The notes under the pieces are model-generated. The model had not been told where the DNA came from, did no database searches, and saw only the letters and a list, made by a program, of their open reading frames with translations. A DNA stretch of 63,676 nt, filler included, from Klebsormidium nitens (lineage: Eukaryota; Plantae; Klebsormidiophyceae): NCBI GenBank assembly GCA_000708835.1. It is 4 parts of 4 records of this genome, joined end to end, with 100 filler letters (N's around TTAATTAATTAA, not from the genome) between each part and the next. Parts side by side here need not be neighbours in the genome. Positions count along the whole stretch, not along the records: positions 1 to 24,087 come from DF237875.1; 3 more parts are not named here. The stretch is one strand, 5' to 3'. Positions 1 through 11,191 of the stretch are shown here, in pieces. Numbering within the stretch: position 1 is the stretch's first letter; every line of letters starts with the position of its first letter. The position numbers and the translations under genes were made by a program.

Positions 1-19
1 TGACACCAAGTCCACCGGC

Positions 20-472
20 ATGCTGCTCCCGGTGCACTTCTACCGCGGGGCGGACCGGCGAGCCCCCATGCCCAGCGCCGCAGTCCGGGCCTTCTCAGAG
101 AGCTTCCGGCAAGATCTGGACCCGTTCCTCCGGCAGAGCAGCGTCGGTCCGAACATGGCCGCAGAAACCACGTGCGCATACTGCAAGGCCGTCCACCGTG
201 ACGCCCGGTCCCTGTACAAGTGCTCGCGTTGCTCGAGCGTGCGCTCCTGCGGAAGAGAGTGCCAGAAGTCCCACTGGCGGGCTCACAAACAGGATTGCCA
301 GCGGACTGCGAACCTGCGCGCGCGTGAGCCTGCACCCCCCCGCTCGCGTGTCCCCGTCGCCGAGCAGCTGCGGGCGGCGATAGCCGAGCAGCAGGAGACC
401 GAAGAGGATGCGGAGCGCGAGGCCGAGGAGATACGGGCGGCAGTGGCGGCGGCGATTGACAGCGGCGGTTGA
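20..472 (+). CDS. MYND zinc-finger protein (small, intronless)
   Basis: CAYC-x12-CSRC-x5-CGREC-x3-HWRAHKQDC at ~173-298 fits the zf-MYND consensus (the usual YC reads SC). It is followed by an acidic helical tail. Confidence 0.65.
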   Translation: MLLPVHFYRGADRRAPMPSAAVRAFSESFRQDLDPFLRQSSVGPNMAAETTCAYCKAVHRDARSLYKCSRCSSVRSCGRECQKSHWRAHKQDCQRTANLRAREPAPPRSRVPVAEQLRAAIAEQQETEEDAEREAEEIRAAVAAAIDSGG

Positions 473-1772
473 GTGTGACGGGAGGTTGCCCGGTTGTGAT
501 TCTTCGACTGCAAACAGATTGTACATATCAGTTTTGGAGCGATTGTAGGGGTTTAGGGTATTAGAGCTGTACCCTTTGAGTACCATACTGTAAAACATTG
601 AATACAAAAACCTTGTTCTGATCGAACGTTTAGCCTGCCCCTTTGTTTGGGGGCAAATGTGGCCAGGATTCTCGTAGCTGAGACGTTTGCGCAGGTGGCT
701 ACAGCTTTAAAAAGAGAATATCACGGAGGTTTGGTCTTGCAAATAATTGGGCAACTATGCATCCTTATAATAAGTGAGTGTACCTAGTTTTTGATCACGA
801 GTTGTAGAAATTGATGAAAGTAGAAAAATCTCAGATGATGATTCAGTTGGCATTACAGGAAGCGCAGAGCTACCGGGAGATGGATAAGGGGCAGCTCACC
901 TGACAATTCATATCAACTTGCATTGCATTCATTTCTTCATCGCACCCGCCATGTTCCCGCCGCCTCCTGCTTTGGTACTCCAGCCATGCAGGGCTGTTCA
1001 AATCTTCAATGGCCATGGGCGGCCACAAGCAGCCGGCGCCTTGATGGCAATCTTATGACCGATATCAGCTGTATAGGATTGAGCTGAGCTGTCCCGAGGG
1101 ATGGCGGTCTGCATAGCGATGAAGCGCCAAACTCCAGCACATCTTTCTGGAGCGCGCTCTCTGAAGGGGAAGGTTGCTGGCCACAAAATACCTACGAAGT
1201 AAACCCAATGCAGGTACTCTATGAATGTACCTTAATCCATCTGCTCTGCAACCACCTCACTCTTAACCGGATTACTAGCCCTATATGCTCGAGTTCGGAA
1301 AAGCATCAAAAATAGATTATAACCTGGTACCTTCGCAAAATGCGGTGGAGCTGAGTCACCATAAACCACGTGGCAGCTCTGAATCACATGGCCACCACTG
1401 CTGGCAGCCTGGCACTGGCTGTATAAAATTGGCGGGACTAAGGACAATTCCGCTGAGTCCGCTTGAGTTTTCATACTACTGTAGTTTAGCAACCCATGCC
1501 TCATGATGACTACACGTGGCACGCCTTGCACGAGTGCGCGCGCAAAGCCGCCACGGTCTAACATGGGCGGCCGCGGGAGACGCAGCTACTTGCCGCGGGC
1601 GCCAGATTGGTCGCGCGGCCGCGCAAGTTTCGGTTTCAATGGCACGGTCATGTCTCTGTGTTATGCCGCGCGCGCAGAACGCGGATTTCAATAAAGACAT
1701 TCGGAGGGTTTTGAAGCTCGCAAAATTCCGACTAAGATGCCTGCCGATTCGCAACCGGCGTTTTAATCAGGG

Positions 1773-1892
1773 GCTTCTCTGGGTGTGTGCTACATGAGCG
1801 GCAGTGGGGTGGCCGAGAACGCGGGGCGTGCAGTTGAGCTCTTCGGGAAGGCTGCAGAGCAGGGTTACGCTTCCGCGCAGGTCAAAATGGGC
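1773..1892 (+). pseudogene. Isolated Sel1-like repeat (gene fragment)
   Basis: ASLGVCYMSGSGVAENAGRAVELFGKAAEQGYASAQVKMG matches the Sel1 consensus. It is preceded by a ttttaatcag acceptor-like site, and downstream sequence loses similarity. Confidence 0.6.
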
Positions 1893-4106
1893 ATGGACAC
1901 TGACCGGGCTGAGTATCCGGATCGAAGAAGACGCCATGTTCAGGATACATTGCACGAGAGAAAGAACGGGAGCGGGCCGCTCACTTTCAGCCTGGGAGGC
2001 CATCAGAACAGACCCGATACCCGAGAACATCATCGTCTCTACCTACTACAACTGAAGAAAAAGCAGATCTCTTATGTCGGGTGTCCATATGCTACGTCTA
2101 CATGCTGTCCTGATCGTGTGATCGTCTACTCTACTCAGATCTGCGTTGTAAGCGGTTATCAGTAAGGGCAGAAGGATCATCATGTTCTCGAGCTTCGAGA
2201 ACCATCCGATCGTGGTGAAGCGGTTGAGGAAGCCGTTCACGCTCTCACACGCGCTCGTGTTCACATGGGTCAGCAGACCGTAGTAGTGACTGCTGTTCGT
2301 GGGGCCGCAGAGATGGATCTCTTTCTCGGCCTTGCCGTAGTGGAACTTGTCGATGACGAACCGGACGTTCGAAAAGAACGTGGGCTCCCGCCTGAAGCAG
2401 TAGTTTTGACCGGAGCAGGAACAGTCGTTGATCAGCACTCGCGGCAGATCTTCTCGGTTGAAGCGGGTGTAGAGCACCGTGAACGGATCTCTCGGGCTCT
2501 CTCCCCGCAGCATGATGTGGATGCCGTAGAGCACCCGATGCGGGCAGCACCACACGTAGAGCCCGCGGGTGTGAGGCAGCTTGCTCGTCTGGTTGGGAGC
2601 GGACTCGTTCCCCGCACAGCGAGCCTCAGCCGTCTTAGATTTCCCTTCCGGCGTCTCGAACTCCGCGTAAAAGGGCAGCGGCCGCTTCTTCTCCCAGAAC
2701 GGGTACCAGCACAGGTCCTCCCCGTCCGAAGTGAAAGCCCCCAGCGCCGGCCCCGTCTCCCCCAGATTCTCCCTGAGCAACTCCCGCTCAGCATCGCCCA
2801 GCAGCTCCGCAGTGTCGGAGAAACACTCGAGCGCCTCCATCGCCTTGTGCGCCGCCGCTATCGTCTCGGGGTTAGGGGGAGGTGGGTTCGGGTACGCGTC
2901 CCACTGTGGCTTCGAGAAGCGGTCCCACCACGCTTTCTGCGGGTCACACCACCACGACGCTCCATGGAAGCGGTCCCACGCCGCGCCTGTCCAGTTGCGA
3001 TACGCGACGCCCCCTCTCCCATAGATGCTCGACTTGTACAGCGCCTTCAACACGCCCATGAAGAACGACGGCGTACGAGTCGAGGAGCCGGCGCAGTATC
3101 GGGCTGTCTTCCCCCCAATCCAGCCGATCCTGCTCGGTGACTCTCTCTCCGAGCACGATCCGTCTAGCCACCCTGAGGGAGTTCTCCGTCTGCAGGATCT
3201 TGCTGTCCTCGTCGTGGCTATTGAGATCGTACATGATCTCCTTCCACCGCTCAGGGAACCGTTGCAGGATGACCGCCTTGCCTGGAGTATCGTCATGGTT
3301 ACGGTCCGCTTCTGCCTCGGCCTCGATCCCCTCGACCAACCATCGCATCGCATAGTGCTCCTTCGCCATCAGACCCCCCAGCAGCACACCGTAGTAGTCG
3401 TTCACGTCTAAAGGCTCGCCCCTCTTCGGAGGATTGTTCGCCTCCTCGTCGGGGTCGGCGTGCTGAGCGGACGGCCGATGTTGGCTCAAGCGCGCCAGCA
3501 GCCTCCGGAGGTCGTCCTCAGGCACCACCCGCCTCACCGTGTACGCCCCGCCCTGCGAACGCGGGAGATGCATCATGCGACATGTTGGGCGAGATTCTCC
3601 CAGACATAGGACCGTGCCAGAGCGGGAGAGTTCCTTCGACATCGCCTCGCGTCGTTAGCGCGCAGCCTGCATCCAGAGTAGGCAGTGCGTATCGTAGGAC
3701 GGACATTCGATCGATCATGACCGAAAGGGCCGCGAAGCGTTGCGCTGTGACTCACCCGGCTGACTCCCGAATAGTGCACACCCGCCGTCCGCATCTTCTG
3801 GAAGGGCACACCGTCCCGCTTATCTGGGTGCGTGAAGCTGGCTCGCTTGTTCTGAGTGGTGGAAGCGATGCCCCCCTTGCGCTCGCTGCCGTCCTTGTTC
3901 GCCAACCCAAAGAGCCCGTCGCAGATCAGATACTCGGGATGAGGCCCGCAGAGGGAACAACAGCGCGGCTCCTCGTACTTCTGCTTCAGCGCAAAGTAGC
4001 CCATCGCGGCCTCTCGCAATGTCTTCTCATCGAGCCTCGGGGATGGCCCGAACTTCGAGCTCACGCTCTTGAACAAATCGCTCTGTCGGCTGAAGTTGCT
4101 CCCACC

Positions 4107-5196
4107 CTGCACGCGAAGACGCTACTCAGAAACCAGAGTTGGGGGGACGGATGCTGTGCTTTATTACCCTCAGGATAAAGGAACCCGCCCATACCACCTC
4201 ACAAGACGCAAGACACAAAGACGCTTTTCTGGGGACGGTCCAAGGATCCTGAACATTTCTCCGACCCAACCTTTCGAATCTCAGAAACTTTTCAAAAAAT
4301 GCGTCTTATTGTCTTACTGTCTTGTACTATATATAACTAAGGAATCCATTAAGGAAATTCTCCCAGGGTCCCTCTACAAGACACATTCNNNNNNNNNNNN
4401 NNNNNNNNNNNNNNNNNNNNNNNNNNNNNNNNNNNNNNNNNNNNNNNNNNNNNNNNNNNNNNNNNNNNNNNNNNNNNNNNNNNNNNNNNNNNNNNNNNNN
4501 NNNNNNNNNNNNNNNNNNNNNNNNNNNNNNNNNNNNNNNNNNNNNNNNNNNNNNNNNNNNNNNNNNNNNNNNNNNNNNNNNNNNNNNNNNNNNNNNNNNN
4601 NNNNNNNNNNNNNNNNNNNNNNNNNNNNNNNNNNNNNNNNNNNNNNNNNNNNNNNNNNNNNNNNNNNNNNNNNNNNNNNNNNNNNNNNNNNNNNNNNNNN
4701 NNNNNNNNNNNNNNNNNNNNNNNNNNNNNNNNNNNNNNNNNNNNNNNNNNNNNNNNNNNNNNNNNNNNNNNNNNNNNNNNNNNNNNNNNNNNNNNNNNNN
4801 NNNNNNNNNNNNNNNNNNNNNNNNNNNNNNNNNNNNNNNNNNNNNNNNNNNNNNNNNNNNNNNNNNNNNNNNNNNNNNNNNNNNNNNNNNNNNNNNNNNN
4901 NNNNNNNNNNNNNNNNNNNNNNNNNNNNNNNNNNNNNNNNNNNNNNAAGGATCCTGAAGATTTCTCCAACCCAACCTTTCGAATCTCGGAAACTTTTCAA
5001 AAAATGCGTCTTACTGTCTTACTGTCTTGTACTATATATAACTAAGGAATCCATTAAGGAAATTCTCCCAGGGTCCCCTCTACAAGACACAATAATCTGC
5101 GCGGACGAGCCCTCTCATTTCCTCCCCCCTCACCCTCAGATTCAAACTGCCTTGGAATTCACAATCGGAACGAGGACCTGGCACGAAGTCACCTAC
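4107..5196 (-). other. Phase-0 GT-AG intron of the KDZ gene (contains N-gap 4389-4946)
   Basis: On the minus strand, donor CTGCAG|gtaggt and acceptor gtgcag|GGTGGG. The join gives LLAGLQ|GGSNFSRQ in frame. Confidence 0.75.
4242..5091. repeat. ~145-bp direct repeat on both sides of a gap (probable collapsed tandem array)
   Basis: 4242-4385 and 4947-5091 are near-identical but differ at several bases (aaggatcctgaa...ctacaagacaca). Confidence 0.8.
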
Positions 5197-7899
5197 CTGC
5201 AGGCCCGCCAGCAACGTCTCGCCGCACCGCTGAGTCAGGATGATGCCCCTGCTGTGGGTGTACAACTTCAGGTGCTCGCCATCGAAGTGGACCGTGTGCC
5301 TCTTCTCGCAATCGCACGTGTAGTGGTACACCTGCGTCTCGAGGGTCCACTGCGCGTCGTAGATGGTTACGCCCTTCTCCGGCGTCAGCCTCCACGTCGT
5401 GAGACAAGGAGGTGGGGCTTTCGGGCAGGGGGCTAGGAGTCTGCCTCGGGCGCCCAACTCCTTGAAGTCGGAGTATCCCATCTGGCTCGACCGCAGTGGG
5501 TTCCGCAGAGCAGTGATCACGGGGTCGTGGACCTGTTCGTCCGCTCGGAGGACCCTGGGTGCCGTCCGCTGCACGCCCTTGGCGAACAGGCTGAGCACCG
5601 GAGCCGACTGGGAAGGTCCGCTCTCCCCGTGCTTGCACACCCCCACACACTCCACGCACACCGGAACCGACCCCTCCTCGAACGCCTCAGCCGGCCTTTC
5701 GGCCGTGCTGGACAAGTCCACCTTCGGATGCGCGTCGAAGCCCTTACCCCTCCTGCCGGCGTAACCTCGCTCCCCTCGCTCGGCATCAGTGGCTGGCGGT
5801 GGGTCGTTCACGGCCCGTTCGGCATCCTCGAGTGCCTCCTCCGACCCCTCCCTGAACTCCAAGCGTTCTTGGCACACCTCGCAGCCCGGCCGACACTCTC
5901 GAACGCCGCCCTTGTCCTCCGGCACGGCCAACGCACGCACGTGCCGCACGGTCTGCTCGTCGAACACGCGCGGCGGCGCTTCCCGAGGGACCTCAGAGAG
6001 TCGAGGCAACCACTCAGAGACACCCCGGACCCGCTTTGCGGCGGCTTCGGCCTCGTCCTGCGTGAGCGTGAGGGTACGGACCGGGGTGAACACCTCTGCC
6101 TCCTTGAGGGCTTTGCGCACTCGCTGGACGTGCTTGCAGTTGCGCGTGCAGCTACTCTCCCGCTTCCCGCTGCAGAAGAACCGGTCCTGACCCGTTTGGA
6201 TCACGAAGTTCCTGGCGGGGCCCGTGTGGGCGTTCCGTTTGATCGCAAACACCCGCTCGAGCGGCTGAGCCCGTTCCGGCACCCGGTTCTGAGACTCCAG
6301 GGGCTGCGTGGACCGGGGGATCTCCAAGACCTCCAGGGGACGCCCCAGGCGGTTGAGCTCGTGGGGAGCCGGAAGGCTTGTGTCGACCGCCCCCGCGGAG
6401 AAGGAAACCAGGAAGAGCTTGTGGACGCACACGGCTTGCGTGTGCAGTCTTCCCAGGGGGCAGCTGCACGCGGGGCGTCCGTTCGGGTCCCAGTAGACAG
6501 TAGCAGGCAGGGCCTTCTTCCCGTCGGGCATGCCGATCGCCCTGAGTGTGCCGCGGCCCTTGGCGTCCCAGTTCGAGCAGTGCAGGACGGCGGCCCCCCC
6601 TTCCCGGAGCCCCTCGGGCCAGACGAACGCCGTCCCGTCCACCACGCACTGGATGAAGCGCTCTGCTTGGAGACGGGCGGGATCGTTGATGCCCAGCCGG
6701 CTCGCCTAAAACGAGAGGGAGTCGGGTCAGGGACGGGAAAGGAGTTTTTGCATCGAAGCCTGACGGTCAAAGTAGCCGACGATGCAAAGAGGATCAGCAC
6801 CTGGGGTGTAGGAGTTTCTGAAAAGGTAAGGCACGTGCTTCTTTCATCGGAGGCAGCGGTCGAAGTACCGAACAAGGTATGATGGATTAATGCCTGAGAT
6901 GCAAAAAACTTCGAAAAGGTAGACCTCGAGACGACTTACTATGGCACGGGTGAGTGGGGTCGGGCACTCGCGAGGGCGCACGGGGGGGAGCAGCTTCGCC
7001 TCTCGAGGCCGCTTTCCTACCGGGCCCTTGGCCGGGGGCAACCTCCTTTTGATGCACACCCCGCCGGTGCGCGCCGCCCTCGATACGGAGTCCGCCTTCT
7101 TGAGCGCGCCCAACTGCTTGAGGTCCAACGCCCACAGCTGCCGCCAAGGGCACATGCCCCCATCCTGGCGGAGGACGGGGGTGTCACCCAGGCGCAGCTC
7201 GCAGCGGTTGACGACGTGAAGCTTGGCCGTGGAGTGCTTCGCGACGCAGTCCCAGCACAAGATGGGTGCGAGGGCGCGGCCGGATGCGGGGCAGATCATG
7301 AAGCCGGTGTATCTGTGGCTGGTTTTCTTCACCAGGCTGAAGGTGCCCACCGGTTCCTTCCTGGGCTTGCCCTTCGCGTCCAGGCACGGCTTCCCGTCTG
7401 GGCCCAGCACGGGCCGGGTGTCCTTCACCTTCCACACGTGGGTGCAGATGGCGCACTTGCCGGTGATGTTGGCGTGCAGCGCCAGCTGCTCGTCCGTCCA
7501 GATGAGCCCCTGATGCAGAGCTCGGCCGGTGTGGTAGCCGTACGCCATGGTCGCCTTCGTTTCGATCGGCCTGCAGGGAAGGGAGACGGTTCCTTAAGTA
7601 TGCATTCGGGGTGGTACGGCGGTCACTTCACGCAATCGAAACATGCATCGAGAGGTGGTGAATATACAACAGATCAGCCAGACGACTTAGAGAAGAAGAA
7701 CGAAGCTGTAGGACAAGGATGAGAGTGTACCTGTAGGCCATATCGCTGAACGTTTTGATGAGGTCGTCCGTGAGGAATTCGTTTGGCGAAGCGGCTTTGC
7801 ATCTGTTGATTCCCACCGATGCGGGCAGCCGTTGCTGTAAGGCGTCCGCCATGTTGCGTTGGAGGCGCCGTACCTGGAACGGAGTCAAACGAGGTGATC

Positions 7900-8345
7900 G
7901 ACGGTTGTAGAGAACCCTAATTATGAAAATTCGTGGCAACCCACCAGCTCATATCTGAGTGAATTTTCGCGCCCACCTGTTGAGCTACATGCTTGTTGCA
8001 GAGAAACCTGAAGAGGGATTCGTGGCCTCATCGGGTCATGAGTGCTTTTCGTGGCACCGCCGGGCTAGAAAAAGCTACATACAAGTTGCCGAGAACCCTA
8101 ATTCAGCAAAATTCCGTGTCATTCCGTGTCCCCATCAGCAGGTGCCAAGAACCTCAATTCAGAAAGTTATGTTCCCGAGTTATTTGCGAGCTATAAAAAG
8201 CTACATGCAAGTTGCCGAGAACCCTAATTCGGAGATATTCGTGTCACCATCAGCCCATGAATGTTTGCGCGCCCACCATCGAGTTAAAAAAGTTTCATGC
8301 TAGTTGCGGAGAACCCTAATCAAGAGAAATTCGTGTCCACCAACT
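7900..8345. repeat. Degenerate repeats containing the motif gttgccGAGAACCCTAATTc
   Basis: The motif recurs at ~7911, 8092, 8148 (variant), 8218 and 8310. Confidence 0.7.
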
Positions 8346-8426
8346 TGAGAGCTTTTGGAGGCCACTGCTGAAATTCAATTTCCACTGCTAATTTGAAGGC
8401 AGAGCAAGAACCTGTTGCCAGTGCAT

Positions 8427-8875
8427 GAGCTTCCCACCGCTGTGAACCATGCCACCACCTTTTCAAAGACAAAGCCAAGCTCAGAATGAGTTCTGACCAG
8501 AATGCCGAGTCCCCGGTGCCTCTGAGAACCATGCCATCACCTTTTCAAAGACACAGCCAAGCTCAGAATGAGTTTTGGCCAAAATGCCGTANNNNNNNNN
8601 NNNNNNNNNNNNNNNNNNNNNNNNNNNNNNNNNNNNNNNNNNNNNNNNNNNNNNNNNNNNNNNNNNNNNNNNNNNNNNNNNNNNNNNNNNNNNNNNNNNN
8701 NNNNNNNNNNNNNNNNNNNNNNNNNNNNNNNNNNNNNNNNNNNNNNNNNNNNNNNNNNNNNNNNNNNNNNNNNNNNNNNNNNNNNNNNNNNNNNNNNNNN
8801 NNNNNNNNNNNNNGCTCAGAATGAATTCTGGTCAGAAGGCTGAGCTTCCCAGTGCCGCTGAAGAATCATGCCACA
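8427..8875. repeat. ~82-bp tandem repeat spanning gap 8592-8813
   Basis: gaaccatgcc.caccttttcaaagac..agccaagctcagaatgagtt occurs at 8444 and 8526, with a partial unit after the gap. Confidence 0.75.
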
Positions 8876-9842
8876 TGTAAAATTCATGCTAAGTCCTGAG
8901 GTCAAATATAGAGACTTTCTGGTCAGGAGCAAAAGAGAGATTGTGACCTGTCAAGATGATATGCCCGCCAGTGCTCCAATGCTGTGCGCCGCCACCGTCT
9001 CAAGGCTGCCGCTGCTGGTGGAGTGAAGTTGCTACAGAGAAGCTTCTGTATGATGGTGGGCTGAGAAGAATGGCGGCGTGGCGGCGGAATGCTGTGTCTG
9101 AAGAGAGCTTGTTTTGCGAGTGGTGTCCCTTCTGGGATCTGGAGACTGCCCCAGAGCTCTGCAGGCCCGGCATTGTGTGCCATGACTGTGTAAGCGTTTC
9201 CAGGTGTGTGGTGCAGCTTCCAGCAACCATGGAACGTGATCTGTAGCTAAGCTTTCGGTCCGTGGTGCTGCGCCCAGTTGATGTTAGCTATCAGCTTGGT
9301 TGTGAGAGGAGACCACGTTCGTTTTAGGTTGCAGACTGGCTGGACTGAAGCAGAGGTTAGAGTCGGACATTTTATTTAGAGTGCTGGTAAACTGCCCGTC
9401 CTCCATTTTCATTCGGGGGGGCACCTAGTTTTCAGGATAGGCTGGGATGTCGTATGCTAGATAATTCCCTTTTTTCAGAGCCGTCCGATGGTGCCCCGGG
9501 CACTTTGGACCGGAAGATAGCCCTAAAAAACCAGAGCTCAACCCGGTACTGAGACCTTCAATCTACTTTGATTTAGGAATCATTTAATCGATATATTCTG
9601 GCGTTCCGTCCGCTTATCAAAAAGTTTCAATGATTGATGAAAGCATCGCAACGGGGCGCCAGAGAAACGTGCGCATCGAACAATTATCAGAGGCTTAATT
9701 TGAAACTTCTGAGCGGTCGATGAAGCAGCTTAAACCGGCCGACGGTAGGGATCAGCAGGATAGCTTGTCGTTTTGTGGCACGAGTCCGAAATCTCGTTAA
9801 TTTGCAACGTGGCACGTGAGAAGGTTTGTTGATTCTAGGTGT

Positions 9843-9969
9843 CTCCTAGCCAACTAGAAGGTAGACCACGACCTTCAAATTTGACTCGGACGCGGTGCCG
9901 CCGTCACGCGCGGCGCGCACTCTATAAATTGAGCGTCGCACCGCAGACTGCCAACACTTGTGAAAAATT
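9843..9969 (+). repeat. Left TIR of the MULE
   Basis: The 37-bp segment 9867-9903 (cacgaccttcaaatttgactcggacgcggtgccgccg) is the perfect reverse complement of 21161-21197. Degenerate identity extends on both sides. Confidence 0.85.
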
Positions 9970-10384
9970 CAAGACTCGGGGTCGGGAGTCACTGCAGTCT
10001 CCTTTGTGACATAGGTACTGTAGGTACGGCCTGAGTTGACCCGGCAATAATTGCTCCGGATTGATCACGTCTGCAATTCTGTTTGCAAAGCTGATTTGTA
10101 GATCTGCTCAGCTGGCCCCAGCTGGTAGAGATTAGGCTAGCTCAGAGCTTTTGCATTACAATGCTGCAATGCTGATCGGTCTGCTGATCGGTCTGGCCTT
10201 TAGCATCTGCAAGGCTCCCAACTTGTAGGCCGCGGAAGCAGCTGAAAATCCATAAACTTGAAGCACGGAGCAGGGCGTCGCGTCTTGGTCCTCTTGTACG
10301 ATTGTACATCCCAGCTGAGACATTCTCATAGCTGACAATCACTTCGAATCTGCTGTTGAATACAGTAAGTCGGAGTGTTGAGCT

Positions 10385-11191
10385 GTGACTGGGAGCATGG
10401 AACCTCAGCTCAGCTTCCAAAACCACCTGCTAAAGGATCATAGTGGAGAATTTGTTGTCTCGACTGCGTTCCTGAGCCATGATCAGAGCACACTAGGGGG
10501 CAGCGGGGCCTGCACGGTGGCTGCTTTATATGCTGCAGAGGCCCTGCATCATCTTAAGGAGAAGACCGGGCTGCTCCCAAGCAATGAGCATTATACACAA
10601 TTGTGGCAGCTAAGCATTCGCAAATGGGAGCTGGTCAGGAAAAAGAGTTTCAGTCCTACTACCACCTACGGGCAGGAGTTTCCAAGTGGTTATCTCCCTG
10701 TGAAAACTGCAATAGAGGCGACCGGGTTGCCTATCAAGGAGTTGTCGTCACAAACTGCATTAGGTGCTGATCTTGGTTCCACCAGTGTTGACCTGAAAGA
10801 CTGGGGCCTCACCAACTCCTTTCCAGAACTCTTCTTTGAGGCAATGAACAGTTCTGCGGATGAGCTGTCCACAGGAGGGTTCAGGCAGTTTGTGATTGTG
10901 CACAGGCAACATACTTTCTTGTTGAGCTCACAGAAGAGCTGCAAGTGCCAAGCAGACAGTGGGACCGATTGTTCAAGTTGCTCATCAACCGTGATCATAA
11001 CAGACAGCTTAGGCAAGATGCTCATTGAGAATGGGACACAAGGCTTTGTTATGAAGTTTGAGGGCTCTCCAACAACCCGGTCTGTGCCCTTGATGCTGCA
11101 CTGCGGGCCCTTGAGTGGAGATTTCAAGAGCGTTGCGATGTGCGCCGGCTGCAGAACGTCACCAGCTTGGAAGAGTTGTACAGCGGACTAG
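10385..11191 (+). CDS. Papain-fold cysteine protease exon, herpesvirus tegument DUB (peptidase C76)-like
   Basis: HDQSTLGGSGAC (Cys codon 10511-10513), then IVHRQHTFLL and VIITDSLG. The Q..C..H..D order and spacing resemble UL36/BPLF1-type proteases. Judged by eye only. Confidence 0.5.
   Translation: MTGSMEPQLSFQNHLLKDHSGEFVVSTAFLSHDQSTLGGSGACTVAALYAAEALHHLKEKTGLLPSNEHYTQLWQLSIRKWELVRKKSFSPTTTYGQEFPSGYLPVKTAIEATGLPIKELSSQTALGADLGSTSVDLKDWGLTNSFPELFFEAMNSSADELSTGGFRQFVIVHRQHTFLLSSQKSCKCQADSGTDCSSCSSTVIITDSLGKMLIENGTQGFVMKFEGSPTTRSVPLMLHCGPLSGDFKSVAMCAGCRTSPAWKSCTAD

Larger units (their letters stand above)
2046..7548 (-). mobile_element. KDZ (Kyakuja-Dileera-Zisupton)-type transposase gene, multi-exon, one frameshift
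   Basis: Predicted exons are ~7548-6940, ~6706-5197, 4106-3756 and 3552-2046. Motifs: SWIM-like CSC-x9-CVH and C-x7-C-x3-CKH; CxC4-like YTCDCEKRHTVHFDG; CSLCGPHPEYLICDG; GLYVWCCPH..GESPRD; INDCSC; VIDKFH..H.C; NTSACESVN. Frameshift near 3065. Confidence 0.75.

Noticed and set aside
545-560. Telomere-like TTTAGGG
   Set aside because: One or two imperfect units only.
998-1564. YGDSA motif suggesting a Harbinger-type DDE fragment
   Set aside because: Single short motif with stops and no other conserved blocks.
5527-6882. Long + strand ORFs (also 2265-3140 and many antisense to Copia)
   Set aside because: Antisense shadows of GC-rich coding sequence on the opposite strand; no motifs.
9858-9866. 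9-bp TSD for the MULE
   Set aside because: Flanks do not match at either candidate boundary (9867/21197 or 9843/21234).
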